A DNA stretch of 64,000 nt, taken from Adineta vaga (lineage: Eukaryota > Animalia > Rotifera). The stretch's first letter is position 1. Every line of letters starts with the position of its first letter. Below the pieces are notes generated by a model, which was not told the origin of the DNA, did no database searches, and saw only the letters and a program-made list of their open reading frames with translations. The stretch lies in NCBI GenBank assembly GCA_021613535.1, contig CP075492.1, forward strand, positions 12,276,001-12,340,000. The letters run 5' to 3'. Shown here one piece after another: positions 39,101 to 50,359 of the stretch. A program made the position numbers and the translations under genes.

Positions 39101-42100
39101 CTCAAACACTGAACTGACGTTATCCATATTATTCATTTTTGATTAATTGAATATCAATATTATCATTTAAGGGTATATCTGTACTGTTAATATAAAGAAT
39201 TTCATCATTTCGTTCGATTGTTGCTGCTAATGTAACACCACCTGGAATAGTTTTAATCTCATTGAATTTCATATGTGCTTGATTTGGATTGTATAAGCAT
39301 TGAAATAATATCGGCATTGATTGTCCTCGATGTAGTTGGATAGTTTTTGAACCTAATTCAATACAATCAGTTTCATGTCGAAGAGAATCTCGAACGAAAA
39401 TGTAGAGCATTTCATCACCGGTAAATGTTGGGTGATCATCTTTAATAAAAATTTGTCCATAAACTTGATTTTTTATTCGAAGAGCCATTGAATGAATAGA
39501 TGAGAGAGAACCGAAAATAAAATAAAATAAAACAGTTATGTGTTTTAAAGTATGTAACGGATGTTAAAATACTAAACAAAAACATCATTTTATTGAGAGA
39601 GAGAGAGGAGAGAAATCAAAATACTCATGCATAATGATGATTTTACCATGCACCACTCTGAATCGAAATAGTATTTCGACAAAGAAGATTGTTATGTAAA
39701 TATACCTGAGTGCACAAAAATATTTTTCAACATGAAAATAAGTCAATCAAAATTCTATTTTAGTTTAGCAAAATACCTGATCGTTATGACGAAATTTATT
39801 TACGTTTATCACGACAAGGAGCACGTGTTCTAGCATTAGGACATCGATCACTTGGAATTCTTTCTAGTCAGCAGGTATGATGAATTAGGATTATTTACAT
39901 TTTATTTCGAAGAAAAAGACACAAAACTTTATATTTAGTTACGAGAACAATATCCAACACGAAATTCAGTCGAATGTAATTTGGATTTTTGTGGATTTGT
40001 TGTACTCTCATGCCCATTAAAACCGGATTCGAAAGCAATGATTCGAGAACTTCGCCATTCATCCCATCATGTACGTCGATATTTTTGCGTATGACATGGA
40101 ATGTAATATGATCTTCTTGTTTCAGTTAACAATGATCACAGGTGATAATCCATTGACTGCCTGTCATGTGGCTAAAGAATTACGTTTTACACGAAAACCA
40201 TTGGTGGTTCTCACGGCACCAACCACTGGTATGTGATTTTGTTTTCAAATGATCAACTATGTGATAATGATTTCATTTAGAAAGCGATAATTGGATATGG
40301 GAATCAGTGAATAAAGATACAAGTTTACCAATTCAACCATCGAATATACGTGATTTCACAAAAACATATGATCTTTGTGTTACTGGAGAGGTAAATGTTT
40401 TGGACATTTATAGCATAGTTAATTTCTCTTATTTATCGATAGGGTTTCGCACATCTTGGTACATTACCTGTTTCCTTTCTCAATACAATCATGCCACATA
40501 TCAAAGTATTTGCTCGTGTATCACCAAAGCAAAAAGTATTGTTCTTTTTTTAATCATTCTTTTTTGTTCACTTGATAAAATATTTGTATGAAACTAGGAA
40601 CAAGTCGTGATCAAATTAAACAATCTTGGTTTTGTTACCTTGATGTGTGGTGATGGTACAAATGATGTTGCTGCACTTAAACATGCACATGTTGGTATGT
40701 AATACCGAATACATTGTTGTTGCAATTCATGAGAATTTCATATTAAAGGTGTGGCTCTATTAACTGGTGTTGCTGCTAAAAAAGTAGAACAACATCAACA
40801 AGAAAATACGACAACCTCAGCAAGTAGTATACAACCACCTGCAGTTGCAACAATTGCATCTCAACAACAAGTTCTTACACCAGCTGAATCAGCAACACGA
40901 GCTCGAGAACAAACGAAAGTAATAATTCAATCAAATACTTAGTTGAATTCTATGTAAATGATATTTTCATAGAAACGTATCGAAGAACTCTATAAACAAA
41001 TGGATGAAAATGAGCAAACAATCGTTCGACTTGGTGATGCATCGATTGCAGCACCATTTACATCACGTACATCTACCATTCAATGTGGTATGTTTTCTTT
41101 TCTATATCGCAGACTTCTATTCATTTGAATTCTTTTTAGTTTGTCATATAATTAAACAAGGTCGTTGTACACTTGTCACAACATTACAAATGTTTAAAAT
41201 TCTTGCATTGAATGCATTGATCTTAGCTTATAGTTTAAGTGTACTTTATCTTGATGGTATCAAATTTAGTGATGGACAACATACATTACAAGGTCTTCTA
41301 TTAGCTGGTTGTTTCTTATTTATATCAAGATCGAAGGTAAATACTTCGATTGATGATATTTCTTTTTGTCTTGAAACTATGAATAATGATTTATTGACAA
41401 AGATTAGAGTCGCTGACGAAGTATAATTGTCTTCTTTTCTTTTTAGCCATTGAAAACATTAGCACGAGAACGACCACTACCAAATATTTTTAATTTATAT
41501 ACATTAATTTCTGTTCTTGGACAATTTGCTGTTCATTTATCAGCATTAATCTTTGTTGTCAACGAAGCACATAAACGAATTCCACCAAAGTATGTTAATA
41601 CGAGTATGAGGAGGAAAAAGACGTTGAAATTTTTAATTTCAATTTTAGAACGGAAGAATTCGCTGATTTAGAAGCAGAATTTGCACCGAATCTAGTCAAC
41701 TCATGTGTTTATATCATGTCAGTTACTCTTCAAATAGCGACATTTGCTGTTAATTATCAAGTAAGTGAATATCAACGAAAATTTCAATTCAAGTCCTTTT
41801 CTTCTCTAGGGTTATCCATTTATGGAGAGTCTTCGTTCGAATAAACCACTTCTATATAGTGTCATGTTTTCATTTTCACTTGTTATCAGTCTTATCTTTA
41901 ATTTACTTCCACAACTTACGGAACAATTTCAAATTGTACTTATTCCTGATGATGTAAGCATTCATAAAAATAATCTTATTATTATTATTACTATTTATTG
42001 TTTATTTTCTTTTTAGATGCGACTTATTGTTTTTTACGTTGTGCTTGGTGATGTCATTTTAGCATATACTATCGATCGAGTATTGGCATACTTTCTTGGT

Positions 42101-42124
42101 CAAGCTAAATTAAAACAATATTAA
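36191..42124 (+). CDS. ATP13A1: P5A-type ATPase (Spf1/ATP13A1 transmembrane helix dislocase), multi-exon
   Basis: [51 protein letters not shown] (phospho-Asp), [30 protein letters not shown]. Confidence 0.96.
37161..37256 (+). ncRNA. Intronic box C/D snoRNA, SNORD32/snR40-type (18S Gm1328 human / Gm1271 yeast), copy 1
   Basis: C box ATGATGA 37175-81, guide CATGCACCAC plus D' CTGA 37198-201, C' TTGAGGA, D CTGA 37241-44, 10-bp terminal stem; guide complements the conserved 18S GUGGUGCAUG. Confidence 0.88.
37641..37725 (+). ncRNA. Candidate intronic box C/D snoRNA with variant boxes, target unassigned
   Basis: Terminal stem AATCTCC/GGAGATT flanks C-like ATGATTA (37649-55) and D-like ATGA (37715-18); internal CTGA (37680-83) and TGCTGA. 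Confidence 0.55.
38169..38254 (+). ncRNA. Intronic box C/D snoRNA, SNORD52/snR78-type (28S GAC[Um]CUAGUCU), copy 1
   Basis: 10-bp stem AAACATTTCG/CGAAATGTTT, C box ATGATGG, guide AGATTAGAGTC, D CTGA 38241-44. Confidence 0.8.
39036..39127 (+). ncRNA. Candidate intronic box C/D snoRNA, target unassigned
   Basis: Stem ATGGATA(T)ACG/CGTTATCCAT, C-like AGGATGA 39048-54, D CTGA 39114-17, internal CTGA 39080-83. Confidence 0.6.
39129..39488 (-). CDS. YbaY/YscW-like (bacterial pilotin/lipoprotein chaperone fold) protein nested antisense in an ATP13A1 intron
   Basis: 119-aa intact ORF; pattern [19 protein letters not shown]...[28 protein letters not shown] follows the YbaY/YscW consensus; no lipobox or signal peptide. 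Confidence 0.7.
   Translation of the reverse strand: MALRIKNQVYGQIFIKDDHPTFTGDEMLYIFVRDSLRHETDCIELGSKTIQLHRGQSMPILFQCLYNPNQAHMKFNEIKTIPGGVTLAATIERNDEILYINSTDIPLNDNIDIQLIKNE
39628..39714 (+). ncRNA. Intronic box C/D snoRNA, SNORD32/snR40-type, copy 2
   Basis: C box ATGATGA 39634-40, guide CCATGCACCAC plus D' CTGA 39658-61, D CTGA 39706-09, stem TGCAT/GTGCA. Confidence 0.85.
41341..41424 (+). ncRNA. Intronic box C/D snoRNA, SNORD52/snR78-type, copy 2
   Basis: Stem ATACTTCG/CGAAGTAT, C box TTGATGA 41350-56, guide AGATTAGAGTC, D CTGA 41413-16. Confidence 0.85.
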
Positions 42125-42377
42125 TGTTGTCTGTTTTCGCTGTTGTATTCATTTTATGAAGAAAAATCCCGAAAAGTTGTCGTTTCTTTCTTTTTTTTCG
42201 AACTTTTAAATATATAATACGTACAAGATGTAGAAAAAAAACAGTTTTTTTCTCTGATTAACAGAACAAGTCATTACGTTTACGAAGAATTCTCTATGGA
42301 ATGAGACTATATGACAGATAAAATCATAAAACTGTTCAATTGAGTTTTAACAGCGATACGAATCGTTGTGTGTTTCT

Positions 42378-44323
42378 ATGGATAATTCATTCAGAAAACG
42401 TGCTCTTTTTAATCTACTTGTAGATTTTTCTGTAAAAATGATGAGGATCTAATCTAATGAGAATGTTAGGCACTGAAAAGAAACGAACTACTGTACTTGA
42501 TCCATCTTTACTTCAATCAATTACACAAGCTTTTGCTCAGCCTACAATACCGACAATCTCACCATCGACTCAATTAGCTAAACTTTCTGTTAACACTCCA
42601 ACAACAAGTTCGTCTGCAGAGGAAATTCCTGATTTACCACAATCGGTAACCATAGAGTTCGTAGAAATCTTTTCTGATATTCATTCAAAATGATAACTTC
42701 GCTCAAAATAGAGATAAACAAGACACCGCAAAACAAACATCATCCACATCTCTGCTTACCTTGAATCAGGAATTTCGATTACCTACCGCAACACTGCGAC
42801 GTTCCAGTAATTTTCTAAAAGGATGTAAATGGTAAATGCTAATTATCATTGTTGAACCGATAAATATACACTTAATTCGATGTTTCAGGTCTCCCGATGG
42901 TCTCTGTCTGCTAACAAACAGCGATGATCATAAATTACGTGTATTCGAAATTCCATGTGATAGATTACCATCCAATGAAGATCTTGTAAAAAGAGTTCAT
43001 GATAATATTTCTAGAAAATATTGTATAAAATCTTTAGAATGCTGTTCTTCATCTACAAGAACCGGAGTTAATCTATGATTTTCAATGGTATCCATATATG
43101 GATTCAAATCGAAGTGATACTTGCTTGTAAGTATTTCAAACCGAGAATTACGAACTAACATTGTCCTTTGTAGCGACGAAATTGATTTCGTTTCATATAT
43201 TATTTTTCTTTTTTAGTATTTTCAGCAGTTGTCGTGAAAATCCTGTACATTTATTTGATGCTTACACTGGTCAAGTGCGTGCATCCTATAAAGCATTTAA
43301 TCATTTGGAAGAATTAGTTGCAGCTCATTCGTTAGGATTTGAATTACAATCAGGTCGACTCTATTGTGGCTATGATCGAATAATTCGTGCATTTGATATT
43401 CAACGCCCTGGTCCTTGTATTGGACAATGGGATACATGTGGTAATCGATCGTTTTGTATCACTCATGTATGATATTTTTAAGGAAATCATTTAGATCGAG
43501 TAAATAATATATATCAATCAGGAATTATTAGTTGTTTATCATTTAATTCGCAAATACCTGGCATGTATGCAGCCGGATCATATGCAAAAACAAGTTCGTA
43601 TATTTTACAATTAACTCAAAAGAAAACCCAATATATTGTTTTTGTTTTAGTTGGTATTTATGGAGATATGAATGGAGAAATGATTGCAGTTCTACATGGT
43701 CATATAGGTGGTATTACTCATATTCAGTTTTCAACCGATGGAAATCGACTTTATAGTGGTGCACGAAAAGTAATTATAACAATACAAGATGATATATTGA
43801 TTTAAATCATATATATATCATAGGATGGAATGATTCTTTGTTGGGATATGAGAAATTTAGGAGAAACATTGGCTACATTTCAACGTGATGTCAATACGAA
43901 TCAACGAATTTATTTTGATTTTGATCCGTAAGCGAAAGTAATTTTAGTAATATTTACTATCAATCCTATATATAGTTCGTTTACGACACTTGTCACTGGA
44001 AATTCGAACGGTCATGTATTAGGTTGGAATATCAATGATCCATCAACACCAATACTTGACTTCTTAGCTCATGATGATTGTACAAATGGAATCAGGTAAA
44101 AATATAATAAAGGTACACTTCTTTCATGTCTCTTTATTTCATATGATTTAGTATTCATCCGACAAAGCCATTCCTAGCTACTTCATCAGGTCAACGACGT
44201 TTTGCTGGTGATATTCACGTCACTGTTAGTGAAGATGAAGACGAAGATAATCTTTTCGCTGAACTCAATGTGAAAAAAATTCCGAGAGAAAATTGTGTAA
44301 AAATTTGGCCTTTTAATAAATAA
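42378..44323 (+). CDS. WRAP53: Telomerase Cajal body protein 1 (WD40); start codon tentative
   Basis: [78 protein letters not shown]. Confidence 0.92.
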
Positions 44324-44604
44324 ACAAAAAACATTCGAACGAATTTGATAATCTTTCTACGCGACTATCATTTCATTATTAATCATGTTCACTGAAATTC
44401 ATATTTTATTAATAGACGAAAATCTTTAAAAAAAGAAGATAGTGGCGTCGAATTCAATAAAATATTGCATGAGAAAATCTGACCATTTGTGTTTGATTGA
44501 TAAAACCAATATGTTAAGTTATCCACAACAGCTTGACAGTTTTCTCACTTCATGATTATTTATGTAAAGCATCTTCGAGTTTCGTAGTCAATAACAAAAC
44601 AATA

Positions 44605-45485
44605 ATGTACAAGGTTTTAACTTTTCTTCTTCTTGCTTGTCTTGGAGTATTCACCGGTGCTTGGGCATTTCATACTCCGGCAAGAAATCTTCAACGTCTT
44701 ACACCTAATGTTCATACTAAAGATGTCGGTCTTGATCTTTGTCCAACATGTATAGATGAAGCTGTTGAAGCAATTAATGTTATTCTCAACGTTATTCTTG
44801 ATGAAGGCATTATAGAAGATTGTGGAAAGTTATGCGATATTGTTGCTAATAAAACGGGTTCACAACTTATTGGTACAATTTGTGATTTGGCATGTGATGC
44901 TATTGGTATTGATGAATTTATTCGTTTAATTATTACCGTTGATCTCGATCCTATTTGGTATTGTGAAATGGCTCGCATGTGTGAAAGTAAGATTTGAAAA
45001 TTTCCAAGAAATCAAGTGATTTTATTCTTTTAGTTAATGATCATGGTGATGCGAAATTTACAAATTTTGGTGTTTATCCAAATACTGGTCCACAAGGAAC
45101 AACATTCATTATTGATTGTTCATTTAAATCTTTAAATGGTACTGGTACAAGTATGTTACGTCTTGAAATTGTTGATTCTCATAATGAAACAAGTAGCAAC
45201 GATTTCTTGGTTGAGTCAAAAAAACCTGGTAACTATCCAGAAAAAATTGGCCTCAAAACATTAACTGCATGGAATTGTGATCCATCAAAAGGTAGATATT
45301 GCAATTTTTCTTCTATTGTGTTTAGTAAATATGGTCTCGTTTTATTAGGTCTTTGTGATGATTTTCCAGTTGGTACATACAATGTTACTGCACAATTTTG
45401 TAATGGTGAATGCGGTTCACATCATCCACATTCTGGTACATATGATGTTGGCAAAGCTTCATTTACCGTTACGAAAAAGAAATAA
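44605..45485 (+). CDS. Countin-like secreted saposin-domain protein, paralog A
   Basis: Signal peptide; LCPTC..INVILNVILDEGII..CGKLC..C..C..GIDEFI..LDPIWYCE..MC..NDHGDAK; C-terminal CNGECGSHHPHS. Confidence 0.8.
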
Positions 45486-46196
45486 ACATATGTGTTGTTA
45501 TTATTTATTTATAAATTTCAATAAATAAATGTTAGATTTAAATTTTCATCGCTTGTTTTTGATACATGTAAAAATATGATGAAATTTAAAAGGAGAAAAC
45601 ACTATTATCTATCAATAATATCTTTGCATGAAACCATTCGATCAACAAGAGTTTTTCTTATTGACAAAAACTATGAGATATTCAATTGCACTTGAAATAC
45701 ATTTGTCAAATAAGTAATATGACAATCCTCTTCTAGAATATTCTCGATAAGACGAACTATACTCAGATATCATTAACGACTGGATTTTACTGGAAGATGA
45801 TATGAAAACGTTGAGTGCAAGACTGACTGACTGACTTAAAGAAATATTCAAACCAATCGTATTACTACATTCTATTCGACAAAGTCCTAAAATGTTCTAC
45901 TTCTGTAAAATTTTAGAAAAAAAAATGTTCGATTTTATTTCTTTTTTTGCATCGACGGATATTCTTTCATATCTTAATTACATAGAAAGTCACCGAATAA
46001 CTAAATATATCATAGAATACAAAGTATATGCACGTAACGAAACATTATGTGAAATTTATTCAGTTGTTAAATATCGTCGTTAAAAGTAAAAGCAATAATT
46101 TCAAGCGAACAGATGGTAGTTTTTCTCAATCAGACTGATATTTATGTGAAGCGTATTCAACAGTGCTAATTGTCTTTGGTAAAAAGTACAAAAGTT

Positions 46197-47067
46197 ATGT
46201 ATAAGACTCTTGCTGTTGTTCTTCTTGCTGTTGTTGGTATCGCTAGTGCTGCCGATACTTTCAATATTCATCGTATTAAATCACCATTTGTCAAACCAGA
46301 AGTACGTCTTGATCTTTGTCCAACATGTATCAATGTTGCTGATCAATCAATCAATATTTTACTCAATATCATTCTTGACAGTGGTATCATTGGTACCTGT
46401 GGTACATTATGTTCAACTTTAGCCCAAAAAACTGGTTCACAACTCATTGGTACAATCTGTGATTTAGTTTGTGATGTTTTGGGTATTGACGAATTCATCA
46501 AATTGATTGAAAAAGCTGATCTTGATCCAATCTGGTATTGTGAAATCGCTAAAATGTGTCCCAGTAAGTTTTCCTATTTTCGATTTCATTCAAAAATAAT
46601 TTTCTATCTTTCTAGTTAACGATCATGGTGATGCTAAAATCACCAAATTTTCAGTTTTACCAGCTACTGGACGACAAGGTACAACATTCTCAATTGACTT
46701 CACATTTGTTTCATTGAATGGAACTGGTACTGGTGAACTTGTTGTTGATATTCATACACCAGATCATATTCCACTTGGTGCTGGTTTCTTATTGGAAGCT
46801 CAAAAAGCCGGTACATACAGTGAACGAATTACTGTTAAAGCTCAACCTGATCCACAATGTGACCCAACTCAAGGTAAATTATTTCTTTTCCAAACTTATT
46901 CTTATAATTAAATCTGTGTTTCTTTGCTGTTTATAGAAGAATGTGAACAATGGTTACCAGGCACATACAATGTAACTGTTCAAGTTTGCAATGGTGAATG
47001 TGGTTCACATCATCCTCATTCCAGTATCTATGATACTGCTAAAGGTTCATTTCAAATTACTCAATAG
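46197..47067 (+). CDS. Countin-like secreted saposin-domain protein, paralog B
   Basis: Same motifs and same two intron positions as paralog A. Confidence 0.8.
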
Positions 47068-48003
47068 ATAGTTACGAACTGTTTCCGATTTATTTTCAAA
47101 TAAAAATTTCAATAAAAATTTCGTCTATGTATTCAATTTTTTTATCGAAGATCATAAGAATGATATTTCGAAATGTAGAAGTGGTCAAAAACATCAATCC
47201 TTTCGTACATGAATGATGAAAGCAGTGCCTATGAATTGGACAGGTCACTTTTAAGTTGGAACTAGTTTTTAAAAGAAAAACAAAAGTGTCAGGAATAAGA
47301 AGAGAAAAGGCTTGAATGAGATTGGTGAATCAGAAGCTAATGGAGGAGATGGGGTTCTGTTATTGTTATTGAGTGTGAACTATTTGTTGTAGGGCTGGTG
47401 ATAGATTCTAAAAAGTAAGAAAGAAATATTATCGAAATTAAAATCATAATAAAAATAACTTTGTCAATGTGGCTTTCTAATCTTTTACTCACATGAATTG
47501 AATTGTATGATAATTCATACAATATTTGTCATCTAGTTGATGCTTTCTCTATCTCAACTGAGTAATATAAGAAAAGTATTGTATCTATCGTTTTTTCTTT
47601 TTTTTTACATAACACAACTTATGGTGAATGATTGCGGTAATGGAGATAAAAACCAATCCGCTCAACCACATCAAATGTAGAAAACATTTTGTTTCACATA
47701 TCATCTCCCTCTCTCCACCACGCTCACCTACATCCGAGATTTCAATTTTGTAACTCATTAATTTGGAGACATTATTTACGGATTGAGTTGTGGTAACCAA
47801 ATTAGGGTAACAGATAGACATGTCACATGGAACAAGTGAAAGAAATATAGAATAGTTAGTAAAAAAATCTCTCGATTCTTTTTCTTAAGTGTTAGAATTG
47901 TCTTCATTATGCATCGATGTATAATCTCGACAGTAACAACAAAAGAATAACCTAAGATATCAAATGTTTATTTCTATCAAAACAAAACAATTGTTTCCTC
48001 TTC

Positions 48004-50135
48004 TCACCATATAATCACTCGATCAATCACATCTTTAAACATACTATCACCTTTCGTGACATTAAATATTTCATAAAAACCCATCATATTTGATAATGGT
48101 CCATTAATTCTTAAATCTACTGGTGCATGTGGATCTTGTCGAATTCCAAATAGAGCTTTTTCATTCGTAACTTTCACTCGCCAGGTTCTTGCAAAAGCAA
48201 GAAAGAACCGTTCTTTTGGTGTTAAACCATCAATTAGGACATCGTTCTTTGCTTGATCTGTTTGTAAAAATGCTTGATAAGCTATTTCTAAACCACCTAA
48301 ATCTGCGATATTTTCTCCGAGTGTTAATTGTCCATTAATACTTGTATTCAACATTCGATATTCATCATATTGTCGAATTAATTTATCTGTACGTAAATTA
48401 AATTCATCGGTATCATTTCTTGTCCACCAAGAATGAAGATTTCCATTTTCATCATATTTTCTTCCTTGATCATCTAAACTATGAGTTAATTCATGACCAA
48501 TTATATATCCAATTGCTCCATAATTCAATGCATCATCAGCAACCAATGAAAACAATGGTTCTTGAAGAATACCAGCTGGAAAGACAATTTCATTCAATGG
48601 TGGATACTAAACGAAAGAATATCAAGATATGTCGAATGAACTTTTCTTTCTTTTCTTCTTACATAAAATGCATTGACCATCTGTGCCGGAATAATCCATT
48701 CATTTCGATCAACTACTTGTCCTAAATCTCGGATTTTTTTTCGATAATCATGTTGAAATATACTTGCTAATGAATGAAAATAGGACGAACGACGAATAAA
48801 TATATCATGATAGGTTTTCCATGTTGTTGGATAACCAATTTTAATATTGATGGCTTGTAATTTTTTCAATGCTTTGTCTTTGGTAGAATTATGTAACCAA
48901 TTGATATTCTGAATACGTTCTTGATAAATATCGATAAGATTTTTGACAAGTAAAATTGTTCGTTGTTTTGATTCCGAAGAAAAATATCGTGAAATATACA
49001 ATTGACCAAGTAAATCACCAAGATATCGATCAATCTCTTCGATAAGTTTAGTCCAACGTGGTTTATCTAAATGTTGACCATGTATTAAATGATCATACAT
49101 GTGAAAATGTTCGTCAACGAAATCTTTATTTAAATATCGAGCTAATTCATGTAAAATAGTAAATCGTATTTTATTTTTCCAAATATTTAACGGTTGACGA
49201 ACGATTAATTTATCCAATAGAAGATAATAATCCGGTTGTGCCATGATAACTGTTTGATTTTCAATAGTTAATATGGATAAAATTTCATGCCAATTCAAAT
49301 TTGGCATCATTTGATCAAGTTCATTGATGTGATAATGTTTCGAATTTAATTCAACATCACGTAATTCACGAGGTATTCGATGTGAAACCGCTAATTGAGT
49401 TTCAAGTGAAAGAATATCTTCTGCATCAATAAGAGTTGTTTTCGAATCAATGATATCATTTGATAAGGTAAGAAGACGATCGATATAATGAAGATATTGT
49501 GTACGAATACGTTTCGAAAAAGGATCATTACGAAAATAATAGTCACGTTCAGGAAGTTCAATACCAGTTTGCTTGAACGAAAAATGATTATATTTCTAAT
49601 ATAAGATGAAAAGAAACATTCTTACTTTCCAATGAACCATATTTATTGAAGAATTTCGATCATCAGCATGAACATCAAAATGAAAAATTAAACCACTATT
49701 CATTTTTGTATACCAAATCAAACAAAATCGTATTAATTCTTGATATGTTTGAATTTTTTCTAATTGTAATAATGTTTCTTTTAATGGTTCGAGTCCTGTA
49801 AGTTCAATTGCTAGTTCATCAAGACCAGCTAGATAAAAATCAATAAGTTTCCGTTCAATCGAATGACTATGAAATGGCATTTGACTTTTTTCATGTCGGA
49901 CTAAATCATCGAGAATTTTTTTTAATTTATAAGTATTTTCATATTTCATTGTAAATAGTCCACCCCATTCACTTTCATATGATGGAATTGTTGTTCGATT
50001 TATCCATCGACCATTAACAAACATAAAGAAATCATCTGTTGGACGTGTTGACCAATCGAGATCATTGATATCGAATAAACCTTGACTAAGAATTAAAATC
50101 AAAGTTAATAGAAGAAAAGTAAATATCGTTCGCAT
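48004..50135 (-). CDS. M13 family zinc metallopeptidase (bacterial PepO/ECE-like), secreted, 3 exons
   Basis: VNAFY, NEIVFPAGILQ, HELTH zinc motif, GENIADLGG, DPHAP, C-terminal RVIIW; signal peptide. Confidence 0.92.
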
Positions 50136-50359
50136 ACGATGTTATTCACTAGATATCAGAATGGAAAAATGAAAATGTTCTATACATGTAAATGATTATA
50201 TATAGAGAGATTTATTGTCGTTCGAACAGTTATTTTTCAGATCTTTTATCGTTTTTATTTGATCGTATCGAAATTAAATAAAGATATAGTACAATATGAG
50301 AATCGAATTCTCAGCAAAGAAAAAAACAAACAAGTACATCTGACAAATGTTAATGATTA

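Noticed and set aside
47270-47821. Short minus-strand ORFs between countin B and the M13 gene
   Set aside because: No consistent spliced frame or homology; possibly a relic.
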